Positions 9,015-17,770 of a stretch of DNA of 64,000 nucleotides are shown here, one piece after another. The position numbers and the translations under genes are program-made. Location of the stretch: NCBI GenBank assembly GCA_034002925.1, contig JAVEZP010000001.1, positions 209,165 through 273,164 on the forward strand. The letters run 5' to 3'. Position 1 is the stretch's first letter, and each line of letters opens with the position of its first letter. Source of the stretch: Patescibacteria group bacterium. GTDB taxonomy: Bacteria; Patescibacteriota; Patescibacteriia; Patescibacteriales; UBA12465. A model generated the notes under the pieces. It was not told the origin of the DNA. It ran no database searches and saw only the letters and a list, made by a program, of their open reading frames with translations.

Positions 9015-9057
9015 ATCTTAAATCCTTATTATATTTTAAGGATAAAATTATAATATT

Positions 9058-10305
9058 ATGTCTGAATTAACTAATGCCATTAAACAAGTTTGTGAAGAAA
9101 AAAACTTGGATTATGACGCTGTGGTCAATACGATTGAATTAGCACTTGCGGCTGCTTATCGTAAAGATTATGGTGAAAAAAATCAGAATGTTAAAGTCTT
9201 GTTTGATCCTAATACCGCTACTTCTAAAATTTATGATTTAAAAACAGTGGTAGAAAATTTACCCGCCGAAGAAGAAGAAGAAATGTTAAAACGCTTACAC
9301 GATCCTAGTTATAAGCGAGAAGAAAAAGAAGTAAAAAAAATAGAAGCAGAAGATGGAGAAGAAAAAGAAAAGAAATTCAATCCTAAAACTGACATTCAAT
9401 TAAAAGAGGCTATGATTTTAAAGCATGGTGCTAAAGTTGGTGATGAATTAATGACAGAGCTTCCTATACCAGAAAGCTACGGACGCATGGCGGCTCAAAC
9501 TGCTAAACAAGTGATTATTCAGAAGTTAAGAGAAATGGAGAGAGATATGATTCTCCATGAATTTAAAGATAAAGAAAAAGAAGTTGTGGGTGGTGTTGTG
9601 CAAAGACGAGAGGGTCGTTTGGTTTTTGTTGATTTGGGTAAAGCAATTGGTATTTTGCCAGCTGAAGAGCAAATATTTAGTGAAAGATACGTGCCAGGCG
9701 AAAGAGTGAAAGTATATATTAAAGAAGTACGTGAAGGACATAAAGGTCCAGAAATTATTCTTTCTCGTCGCAGTGAAGAGATATTAAAAAAGATTTTTTA
9801 TTTAGAAATACCAGAAATAGCTAATGGTTTAGTAGATATTAAAGCGGTAGCGCGTGAAGCGGGTTCTCGTTCTAAAGTTGCTATTTATACTGAAGCAGAA
9901 AATGTTGACCCTGTTGGCTCTTGTGTGGGTCAAAGAGGTGCTCGTATTCAAACTATTATTAGTGAATTAGGAGGAGAAAAGGTTGATATTATTGAATATG
10001 ATGAAGATCCAGTTAAATTTATTGCCAATGCTCTATCTCCCGCTAAAGTTTTAAGTATTGAATTAAATGAAGATGAGCACAAAGCGATTGTTAAAGTTAG
10101 TTCTGATAAATTATCTTTAGCGATTGGTAAAAGCGGCCAAAACGTGCGTTTAGCTGCTCATTTAACTTCTTGGCGAATTGATATTATAGAAGCTACTGAA
10201 GATGGCGAAGAAAAAAAAGTTATTGCTAGTGATGAAGAATTAGAAGTCAAAGAAAACCCTGAGCAAATTACAGAAGAGGTGGCTGCGACTGAAGATAAAG
10301 AATAA
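9058..10305 (+). CDS. nusA: Transcription termination/antitermination factor NusA
   Basis: N-terminal domain, an S1 domain (GGVVQRREGRLVFVDLG), two KH domains (CVGQRGARIQ, AIGKSGQNVRLA), and an acidic insert and tail. Confidence 0.9.
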   Translation: MSELTNAIKQVCEEKNLDYDAVVNTIELALAAAYRKDYGEKNQNVKVLFDPNTATSKIYDLKTVVENLPAEEEEEMLKRLHDPSYKREEKEVKKIEAEDGEEKEKKFNPKTDIQLKEAMILKHGAKVGDELMTELPIPESYGRMAAQTAKQVIIQKLREMERDMILHEFKDKEKEVVGGVVQRREGRLVFVDLGKAIGILPAEEQIFSERYVPGERVKVYIKEVREGHKGPEIILSRRSEEILKKIFYLEIPEIANGLVDIKAVAREAGSRSKVAIYTEAENVDPVGSCVGQRGARIQTIISELGGEKVDIIEYDEDPVKFIANALSPAKVLSIELNEDEHKAIVKVSSDKLSLAIGKSGQNVRLAAHLTSWRIDIIEATEDGEEKKVIASDEELEVKENPEQITEEVAATEDKE

Positions 10306-10349
10306 AAAATTTAAATACTAAAAAATAAAATTAAAATAATTTAAAAATT

Positions 10350-12398
10350 ATGTTAATTATGTCTTTAATTATAGGCAGTGCTCTTGTCGCCATCATTTAT
10401 GGCGCTATTGTAATTGCCTCAATTTTACGTTTACCAGAAGGTAATGAAAAAATGAAGGAAATAGCTCAAGCTATTCAGTCTGGAGCTAGAGCCTTTTTAA
10501 ATCGTCAGTATAAAACAGTTGCTGTTGTAGCAATTGCTTTGTTTATTATTATTGCTCTAATTCCGTCTTTAGGTTGGTATACAGCCTGGGCTTTTTTGGC
10601 TGGATCGGTATTGTCTGCTCTAACTGGTTACATTGGCATGTTTGTCTCGGTACGTGCGAACGTCAGAACAACTGAAGCGGCTCGAGGTGGTTTGCAAAAG
10701 GCTTTAAATGTAGCTGTACGTGGCGGTAGCGTTACCGGCATGTTAGTGGTAGGCTTAGCTTTATTAGGCACAGCTGGTTTTTATTTTTTAACTCAGAATT
10801 TGCCGAATAATGAAGGTTTACACGCTTTAATTGGTTTTGCTTTTGGCGGCTCTTTAATTTCTATTTTTGCTCGTTTAGGCGGTGGTATTTATACTAAAGC
10901 TGCTGATGTTGGCGCTGATTTAGTTGGTAAGGTGGAGGCTAACATTCCCGAAGATGACCCTCGTAATCCGGCAGTTATTGCTGATAATGTGGGTGATAAT
11001 GTTGGTGATTGTGCTGGTATGGCAGCTGACCTTTTTGAAACTTATGCAGTTACTTCAATTGCAGCTATGATTTTAGGTTCCTTAATGTTTGTTGATTATG
11101 ATGCAGCTGGACAAAAAAACATTATTCTTTTTCCATTAGTTTTAGGAGCAGTATCTATTATTGCGTCTATTATTGGTATTTTCTTTATTCGCTTAGGCAA
11201 AAAGAAAAATATCATGAAAGCTTTATATAAAGGTTTAGTTGCGGCTGGAGTTTTATCGGCAATTGCTTTTTATCCTATTACTCAAATATTTGTAGCTGAT
11301 GCTCAATTAGCTCTAAAGCTTTATCTCACTTCTTTAATTGGTTTAGCGGTAACTGGATTATTGGTTTTAATTACTGAATATTATACTTCTACTGCTTTTA
11401 GACCAGTAAAGAGTATTGCCGAGGCTTCACAAACAGGTCATGGCACAAATGTGATTGCTGGTTTAGCTGTTTCCATGAAATCAACGGCTTGGCCTATTAT
11501 CGTCATTGTTGTTGCTATGTTAGCTGCTTTTTCTTTGGCTGGTTTATATGGTATTGCTATTGCTGCGATGGCTATGTTATCTATGGCTGGTATTATTGTT
11601 ACTATTGATGCTTATGGTCCTATTACCGATAATGCTGGCGGAATTGCAGAGATGGCAGAATTAGGAGAAGATGTGCGTAATATTACCGACCCCTTAGATG
11701 CAGTTGGAAATACTACCAAGGCTGTAACTAAAGGCTATGCTATTGGCTCAGCTGCTTTAGCTGCTTTAGTTTTGTTTGCTGATTTTACTTATAAGATTGT
11801 AGATTTAGGTGGTAGTGTACAATTCTTGATTAATAACCCTTATGTCTTAGCAGGTCTGTTCTTAGGTGGCCTTCTTCCTTATCTTTTTGGCGCTATGGCG
11901 ATGAAAGCTGTGGGCAGAGCCGCCGGTTCAGTAGTGGAAGATGTGCGTGCTCAATTTAAAGAAAAGCCAGGCATTATGGACTATAGCGAAAAACCAAATT
12001 ATGGTCGAACAGTTGATATTGTTACTAAAGCCGCTATTAAAGAAATGATTTTTCCTGCTTTAATTCCAGTTCTAGCTCCTATTATCGTCGGTTTTGGTTT
12101 TAATTTATTTGGCGCTGGTCACGGCGTCGAGGCTTTAGGAGGTTTATTGGTTGGATCAATTGTTACTGGTATATTTGTGGCTATTTCGATGACTTCTGGC
12201 GGTGGAGCTTGGGACAATGCTAAGAAGTATATCGAATTAGGATTTTTTGGTGGAAAAGGTTCAGACGCACACAAAGCAGCGGTTACCGGGGATACGGTTG
12301 GTGATCCTTACAAAGACACAGCTGGACCAGCTATTAATCCAATGATTAAAGTATTAAATATTGTTGCCTTGCTTATTGTTGGTTTATTATTGCTTTAA
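10350..12398 (+). CDS. hppA: Membrane-bound ion-translocating pyrophosphatase
   Basis: Motifs [46 protein letters not shown]. 682 aa, polytopic. Confidence 0.92.
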   Translation: MLIMSLIIGSALVAIIYGAIVIASILRLPEGNEKMKEIAQAIQSGARAFLNRQYKTVAVVAIALFIIIALIPSLGWYTAWAFLAGSVLSALTGYIGMFVSVRANVRTTEAARGGLQKALNVAVRGGSVTGMLVVGLALLGTAGFYFLTQNLPNNEGLHALIGFAFGGSLISIFARLGGGIYTKAADVGADLVGKVEANIPEDDPRNPAVIADNVGDNVGDCAGMAADLFETYAVTSIAAMILGSLMFVDYDAAGQKNIILFPLVLGAVSIIASIIGIFFIRLGKKKNIMKALYKGLVAAGVLSAIAFYPITQIFVADAQLALKLYLTSLIGLAVTGLLVLITEYYTSTAFRPVKSIAEASQTGHGTNVIAGLAVSMKSTAWPIIVIVVAMLAAFSLAGLYGIAIAAMAMLSMAGIIVTIDAYGPITDNAGGIAEMAELGEDVRNITDPLDAVGNTTKAVTKGYAIGSAALAALVLFADFTYKIVDLGGSVQFLINNPYVLAGLFLGGLLPYLFGAMAMKAVGRAAGSVVEDVRAQFKEKPGIMDYSEKPNYGRTVDIVTKAAIKEMIFPALIPVLAPIIVGFGFNLFGAGHGVEALGGLLVGSIVTGIFVAISMTSGGGAWDNAKKYIELGFFGGKGSDAHKAAVTGDTVGDPYKDTAGPAINPMIKVLNIVALLIVGLLLL

Positions 12399-12422
12399 TT
12401 CTAAAGATTTAAATTTATTTAT

Positions 12423-12455
12423 AAAAGTGCTCGTGGTTGCGGGCACTTTTGTTTT
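12423..12455 (+). terminator. Rho-independent terminator after hppA
   Basis: Stem AAAGTGCTC/GGGCACTTT followed by a T-rich tail. Confidence 0.75.
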
Positions 12456-12579
12456 AATATTAGTTTATTATTTCTTCTCTAATTAAATTTGCTTTTTTAT
12501 AGAAAAGTGTTAAAATAGTAGCAAATAAGCTAGAAAATAAGCGAGCCTTTAAAGCTCGCTTCTAATTGTCAAAGAATAT

Positions 12580-13890
12580 ATGAAAATTACTAAAAAAGAC
12601 TTAGAAAAATCACAGATAGAAATTAATGTGGAGTTAAGCGTTGATGAATTTAAACCTTTTATTGAGATGGGAGCTAAAAATTTATCTGAACATGTTAAGA
12701 TTGAAGGCTTTCGCCCTGGTAAAGTGCCTTATGATATTTTAAAACAAAAAGTAGGTGAAATAAGTATTTTAGAGGAAGCGGCTCATATTGCTATTCGTAA
12801 AAATATTGAAAAAATATTTAAAGAAGAATTAAGTGATAGACAGCCAGTAGGACAACCTCAAATAGAAATTACTAAATTAGCACCTGAGAACCCCTTGGAA
12901 TATAAAATGACAATTGCTCTACTACCTAGTATTACTTTAGGCGTCTACAAAGACTTAAAAATAGAAAAAGAAGTGGCAGCGGTAGACCAAAAAGATATTG
13001 AAAAAACCTTAGATGAAATTAGAGAAATGCGTGCTCAAGAAAAAACCAGTGAAACAGGAGCAGCTAAAGGTGATAAAATAATTATTAACCTTCATTTAGC
13101 TTTAGATAAAGTGCCGGTTGAAGATGGACATGCGCATGACTTGTCTTTGATAGTGGGTAAGGAATATTTAGTGCCTGGTTTTGATGATAAAATTGTAGGG
13201 GCTAAAAAAGGTGAAAAAAGAGAATTTCAATTAGAATATCCTAAGAATCATCATCAGGTTAATTTAGCTGGAAAATTAGTTGATGTTAGCGTTGATGTTA
13301 AAGAAGTATTTAATAGAGTTTTACCAGAGATTAATGATGAATTAGCAGTTAGCATGCAATTTAAAGATTTGAAAGATTTAAAAGAGGCAATTGAAAAAAA
13401 TATATTATTAGACAGACAGCGTCAAGCAGATGTTAAGGCTGAAATTAAAATGTTAGACTCTATTGCCGAGAAATCTAAATTTGGGGATATTCCGGAGACA
13501 TTGTTAGAGGCAGAGACTGACAATATGATGGCCGAATTAGAAAGAAATATTACTAGTCAAGGTGCTAACTTTGATGATTATTTAAAGCATTTAAATAAAA
13601 ATAAGGCTCAAATGCGTTTAGAATTAAGCCCTAACGCAGTTAAGAGAATTAAAACTGCTTTAATTATTAGAGAGGTTGGTGTGATAGAAAAAATTAATGT
13701 TAGCAAAGAAGAATTAGATGAGCGTTTATCTATGTTTAAAACAGCTCAAGCTGGTAATGATGAAGCCTTAAAACAAATTGAATCTCCAGAGTATCGCAGA
13801 TATTTAGAAAATGCGATGTTTAATGATAAAGTAGTTTCGCAGTTAAAATCTTGGAATTATGTCGACTCTAGCCAACAATCGAAGAGCTAG
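12580..13890 (+). CDS. tig: Trigger factor
   Basis: N-terminal ribosome-binding signature EGFRPGKVP, a central FKBP-like region, 436 aa. Confidence 0.88.
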   Translation: MKITKKDLEKSQIEINVELSVDEFKPFIEMGAKNLSEHVKIEGFRPGKVPYDILKQKVGEISILEEAAHIAIRKNIEKIFKEELSDRQPVGQPQIEITKLAPENPLEYKMTIALLPSITLGVYKDLKIEKEVAAVDQKDIEKTLDEIREMRAQEKTSETGAAKGDKIIINLHLALDKVPVEDGHAHDLSLIVGKEYLVPGFDDKIVGAKKGEKREFQLEYPKNHHQVNLAGKLVDVSVDVKEVFNRVLPEINDELAVSMQFKDLKDLKEAIEKNILLDRQRQADVKAEIKMLDSIAEKSKFGDIPETLLEAETDNMMAELERNITSQGANFDDYLKHLNKNKAQMRLELSPNAVKRIKTALIIREVGVIEKINVSKEELDERLSMFKTAQAGNDEALKQIESPEYRRYLENAMFNDKVVSQLKSWNYVDSSQQSKS

Positions 13891-14326
13891 TTTTGATTTC
13901 GATCTTTTAGAAAGTTACGAGGCTGGTTTAGTGTTGTCTGGCCAAGAGGTTAAATCAGCTAAAGGGGGGCATATTAATTTAAGTGGAGCTTATGTTAGTT
14001 TAAAAACTGAAAACGGAGAGATAGTTCCTTATTTATTGGGGGCTCATATCTCTGCTTATCGCTTCGCTGGTGTTTTAGTAGATTATGATCCCACTAGAGC
14101 TAGAAAGATTTTGTTGACTAAAAAAGAAATTAAGCACCTATATGGCAAGACACAAGAGAAGGGCTTGACACTGGTTCCTGTGAAAATGTATACTAAACGC
14201 AGTTTTGTTAAGCTAGAATTTGCTCTGGCTAGAGGTAAGAAAAAATATGACAAGCGGGAAAGTATTAAAAGAAGAGAAGTTGATCGTCAATTAAGAACTT
14301 TAACAAAAAGAAGCATAAAGAAATAA
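13859..14326 (+). CDS. smpB: SsrA-binding protein SmpB
   Basis: ANNRRASFDF..YEAGLVLSGQEVKS..L..HI.Y and a basic C-tail. Overlaps the tig 3' end by 32 nt. Confidence 0.9.
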   Translation: MSTLANNRRASFDFDLLESYEAGLVLSGQEVKSAKGGHINLSGAYVSLKTENGEIVPYLLGAHISAYRFAGVLVDYDPTRARKILLTKKEIKHLYGKTQEKGLTLVPVKMYTKRSFVKLEFALARGKKKYDKRESIKRREVDRQLRTLTKRSIKK

Positions 14327-14328
14327 TC

Positions 14329-14710
14329 GGGGATGTCGGGTATCGATAATGACGACTATTTCTAGATATTCAAAACGGGTTTGAGCTAAACCGTAAAAAT
14401 AGTTCAAAAATATACATGCCAAAAACACTGGCCGAGCATTTACCTGGAAAGTTCCAAGTTTTGCTCCTGTTATGGCTTAATTTAAAGCCGTAACCATCAG
14501 CCTGTTGTCGCTTCAGCGATAGGTACTGGTGTCATATTTGAAGCTTTGCTAAAACTTGCCCCCTTCAAGTTTTATCAAGAAAAATAGGGGTGGTCGTTTT
14601 CGCTTTTGTTCGGTTTCTGATGATTACGACGACAAATATAAATCGAACTAATTTTGTAAAATTATCTAGAAAATCTTATTAGACATGGGTTCAACTCCCA
14701 TCATCTCCAC
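14329..14710 (+). ncRNA. ssrA: tmRNA (SsrA), one-piece
   Basis: The 5' GGGGATG pairs with the 3' CATCTCC. T-arm GGGTTCAACTCCC. Candidate tag ORF GCC..TAA at 14418-14480 encodes AKNTGRAFTWKVPSFAPVMA. Starts 2 nt after the smpB stop. Confidence 0.88.
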
Positions 14711-14720
14711 TTGTTTTAAT

Positions 14721-14804
14721 GCCGCGGTGGCGGAACTGGTAGACGCGCTGGACTTAAAATCCAGTTGTAGTGATACAGTGCGGGTTCGATTCCCGCCCGC
14801 GGCA
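14721..14804 (+). tRNA. tRNA-Leu(TAA)
   Basis: Cloverleaf GCCGCGG..CCGCGGC, anticodon loop CTTAAAA, long variable arm, T-loop GGTTCGATTCC. No encoded CCA. Confidence 0.9.
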
Positions 14805-14869
14805 CTTTTTGGTAAAATTTAGCTCTTGCTGAATTTTAAAATATTTGTTATATAATCATTATGTTATTT

Positions 14870-14941
14870 GCGGGTATCGTATAGTGGCTATTATGCAACC
14901 TTGCCATGGTTGAGAGACGGGTTCGATTCCCGTTACCCGCT
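14870..14941 (+). tRNA. tRNA-Gly(GCC)
   Basis: Acceptor GCGGGTA/TACCCGC, anticodon stem-loop CAACC-TTGCCAT-GGTTG, T-arm ACGGGTTCGATTCCCGT. Confidence 0.9.
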
Positions 14942-14951
14942 CAGAAACACA

Positions 14952-14979
14952 AAAACAACTTCGAAAGAGGTTGTTTTTG
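14952..14979 (+). terminator. Terminator after the tmRNA-tRNA cluster
   Basis: Stem AACAACTTC/GAGGTTGTT, GAAA loop, T-run. Confidence 0.75.
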
Positions 14980-15127
14980 TTGTATATAAATAAAAATCTG
15001 ACTAACCCATGTTTAGTGATTAATATAATATCAAGAATGCTTGATTTATTATGCTTGATTTATTAGATAAAATATTATATTCTTAAATATTAATTAAAAT
15101 AGCAACTTAACAATAAAACAAATTATC

Positions 15128-15559
15128 ATGTGGTGGTATTATCATTTACCGATTATTTTATTACAGATTTTAGCCTTTTTCCCTTATATTATTGGCAGTC
15201 GTCGTTTTTATCAAGGGAAAAATGGTTTTATGTTGTTGTTATCGATAGGAGTTTTATTGGACATTATTATGACCATTACTCCTTTTGTTGTAGAGCTACC
15301 TCGCATGTCTTTAGAACAAACAGCACCTTGGACTAGTTTTTTGTTTATTGTCCACATCGCTAGTGCTGGTTTTGCCATGTTTTACTTTATCTGGATGTTG
15401 ATTTTTATCAACGTTAAAGGCCCTAGTTATAATTATAATATTTTAAGGGTTTTCCAATACAAAGTAGTTTTAAAATTATGGATTTTAGGAGTGAGCATTG
15501 CTTTACTTAATTTTCTTATCAAAGTTATTTTCCAGATTAGAATCTATGACTATTTTTAA
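15128..15559 (+). CDS. Hypothetical integral membrane protein (about 4 TM)
   Basis: 143-aa ORF with four hydrophobic segments, followed by a terminator. No recognisable motif. Confidence 0.5.
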   Translation: MWWYYHLPIILLQILAFFPYIIGSRRFYQGKNGFMLLLSIGVLLDIIMTITPFVVELPRMSLEQTAPWTSFLFIVHIASAGFAMFYFIWMLIFINVKGPSYNYNILRVFQYKVVLKLWILGVSIALLNFLIKVIFQIRIYDYF

Positions 15560-15565
15560 CAATTT

Positions 15566-15596
15566 AAGCCGTTTTTAAAAGAAAGCGGCTTTTTTA
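15566..15596 (+). terminator. Rho-independent terminator
   Basis: Stem AAGCCG/CGGCTT extended by TTT/AAA, followed by TTTTTT. Confidence 0.7.
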
Positions 15597-15670
15597 TATA
15601 ATTGACTTTTAGTCTTTTTTTTGCTATATTTAGAAAATATAATAGTTTTTATTACTAAATTAAAAAATTT

Positions 15671-16351
15671 ATGTCTTTTCCAAAATTTGAATCTTCTAAT
15701 TTTCGTGTTAGCAATCCTAATGAAGAAAAGATGCATTCAGAAGAAAGTTATAATTTAGAAAATGAAGATCGAGATAGACGAGAATTAGAACAAGAACAAA
15801 AAGGTAGAAATGTTTTTATTCCAATTGAAGAAGTGCCTGATGAAGATGCAGAAGATGCTATTTATGAACAAGTACAAGCAGCTTTAGATCAAGAAAAATT
15901 AGAACAGGAAGAGGAAAAAGAGGTTGATAAATTTGGTTATGTTGAAATGTTAAATAAAATCGTTGGACAATTAAAAGATAAAGAGAAAGATCAGTTTTTA
16001 AAAGACACTCTCATTTTTATGCCTTTGCATCAAAGAATTGTTAATGATGAGCATTTATCTGATCAAGAAAAGGATGAATTGTTAAGACAAAAATTTGAAA
16101 AAATTATTGGTTATCAAGTGTCAGCAAGAGATATGAAGTCTGGTGAAAAAGATTTTTCTTTGCATAAGCCTAAGTTTATTAGAGTAAAAGAAAAACAAGC
16201 TCCTTTAAATGCTTATCATCCAAGTTATGTAAACGCAGGAGGAAGACAGCAGGATGTTGATTCTGATGCACAGGCAATGCCCATTACTAATACAAAAAAA
16301 TCAGCAGTGGCTTCTAAATTTAAATTACCTTTTAGAAAAAAGAATAGATAA
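15671..16351 (+). CDS. Hypothetical acidic protein with basic C-terminus
   Basis: 226-aa ORF, E/D/K-rich, no motif recognised. Lies directly upstream of infC. Confidence 0.45.
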   Translation: MSFPKFESSNFRVSNPNEEKMHSEESYNLENEDRDRRELEQEQKGRNVFIPIEEVPDEDAEDAIYEQVQAALDQEKLEQEEEKEVDKFGYVEMLNKIVGQLKDKEKDQFLKDTLIFMPLHQRIVNDEHLSDQEKDELLRQKFEKIIGYQVSARDMKSGEKDFSLHKPKFIRVKEKQAPLNAYHPSYVNAGGRQQDVDSDAQAMPITNTKKSAVASKFKLPFRKKNR

Positions 16352-16377
16352 TAATTTTTATATAATTAATTAATCAA

Positions 16378-16932
16378 ATGCGCATTAAATTTCATAGAAT
16401 AGAAAAAAAAGAAAAACAGTTTTTCAAAGCTAATCAAAATATTCGCTCAGAAGAAGTTTTTTTAATTGATGAAAATGGAGAAAACGTTGGTGTTGTTACC
16501 ACTCAAGAAGCGATTGATCGAGCTAGAGATTTAGATTTAGATTTAGTAGAGGTTAATCCGAAAGCTAATCCTCCGGTAGCCAAAATTGTTGATCTCGGTC
16601 AGATGAAATATGAGCATGAGAAAAAGCTACATCGCCAAAGAATGGCTCAGAAAAAAATAGACACCAAAGTCGTTAGATTGTCTTTTAGGATTAGTGAGCA
16701 TGATTTTAATTTTCGTTTAGCTCAAGCAGAGAAATTTTTGTCCAAAGATAATAAGTTAAAAGTAGAATTAATTTTACGTGGTCGAGAACGTCAATATCCT
16801 AATAAAGCGCGAGAAATTATTGAAAAATTTGTAGATCAATTACGTCAAAAAGAGGATTTATCTATTGAAATTGAACAAGCCTTGACAAATCAAGGTGGAA
16901 GATTTACTATAGTGGTGATAAATAAGAAATAA
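16378..16932 (+). CDS. infC: Translation initiation factor IF-3
   Basis: IRSEEVFLIDENGENVGVV..A.ELDLDLVEV...PPV.KI.D is the IF3 N and C domain pattern. Followed by rpmI-rplT as in most bacteria. Confidence 0.9.
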   Translation: MRIKFHRIEKKEKQFFKANQNIRSEEVFLIDENGENVGVVTTQEAIDRARDLDLDLVEVNPKANPPVAKIVDLGQMKYEHEKKLHRQRMAQKKIDTKVVRLSFRISEHDFNFRLAQAEKFLSKDNKLKVELILRGRERQYPNKAREIIEKFVDQLRQKEDLSIEIEQALTNQGGRFTIVVINKK

Positions 16933-16947
16933 GACTTATTTATCTTT

Positions 16948-16970
16948 CAGGTGAATACGCCTGTTTTTTT
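16948..16970 (+). promoter_or_regulatory. Terminator-like hairpin between infC and rpmI (possible L20-type attenuator)
   Basis: Stem CAGGTG/CGCCTG, loop AATA, then T7. It sits 10 nt before the rpmI start. Confidence 0.45.
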
Positions 16971-16979
16971 ATCAAATTT

Positions 16980-17177
16980 ATGCCGAAAATTAAGACACAT
17001 AAAGCAACTGCCAAACGTTTTCACGTGACTGCCAGCTCTAAACTCAAGAAAAGAAAAGCTGGTCAGGATCATTTTAATGCTCGTGAAAGTGGTAATACCA
17101 AGCGCAAAAAACGTTTAGACATTAGCGCTGATGCAACTTTAGTAAAAACAATAAAAACTTTAACTCCGTATCGCTAA
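16980..17177 (+). CDS. rpmI: 50S ribosomal protein L35
   Basis: MPKIKTHKATAKRF..T..GK.KR is the canonical L35 N-terminus. 65 aa. Confidence 0.93.
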   Translation: MPKIKTHKATAKRFHVTASSKLKKRKAGQDHFNARESGNTKRKKRLDISADATLVKTIKTLTPYR

Positions 17178-17206
17178 AGATTCGGTTTTGAATTTATTTA
17201 TCCAAT

Positions 17207-17554
17207 ATGCCCAGAGTAAAAAGAGGGACTAGTCACGTTAAAAAGCGTCGTAAGTTAATGAGCCAAGTTAAAGGTTATAAATGGGGACGCAAAAATTTAA
17301 TAAAATTAGCTAGAACCGCTCGCACCAAAGCTGGTGCTCATGCTTATCGTGATCGCCGTAAGAAAAAACGCAATATGCGTGCTTTATGGCAAATCAAAAT
17401 TAATGCTTTCGTTCGTGAGCATGATTATTCATATTCTAAATTCATGGATGCTTTGAAAAAAGAAGGCATTTCTTTGGATCGTAAAATTTTAGCTGATTTA
17501 TCTGAAAATAATAAGAAAGTCTTAGCGGCTATTATTAAAGGTCTTAAAAAATAA
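17207..17554 (+). CDS. rplT: 50S ribosomal protein L20
   Basis: MPRVKRG...KRRK..L...KGY.G is the canonical L20 pattern. 115 aa. Confidence 0.93.
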   Translation: MPRVKRGTSHVKKRRKLMSQVKGYKWGRKNLIKLARTARTKAGAHAYRDRRKKKRNMRALWQIKINAFVREHDYSYSKFMDALKKEGISLDRKILADLSENNKKVLAAIIKGLKK

Positions 17555-17557
17555 TCT

Positions 17558-17770
17558 ATGTTTTGGTTAAATGTTGCTCAAATTATTATTTCCATCCTTT
17601 TGATTATAGTAATTTTACTTCAGAATCGCGGCACTGGCCTCGGTAGTGCTTTTGGTGGTACCGGTGGTGTATATTTAACGAAGCGCGGTCTGGAAAAAAA
17701 GCTTTTTATCGCTACTATTGTTTTAGCGGTACTCTTTTTTGGCGTTTCTTTAGCAAATTTACTTGCTTAA
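17558..17770 (+). CDS. secG: Preprotein translocase subunit SecG
   Basis: 70 aa with two TM helices and LLQ..RGTGLGSAFGG, the SecG signature. Confidence 0.8.
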   Translation: MFWLNVAQIIISILLIIVILLQNRGTGLGSAFGGTGGVYLTKRGLEKKLFIATIVLAVLFFGVSLANLLA

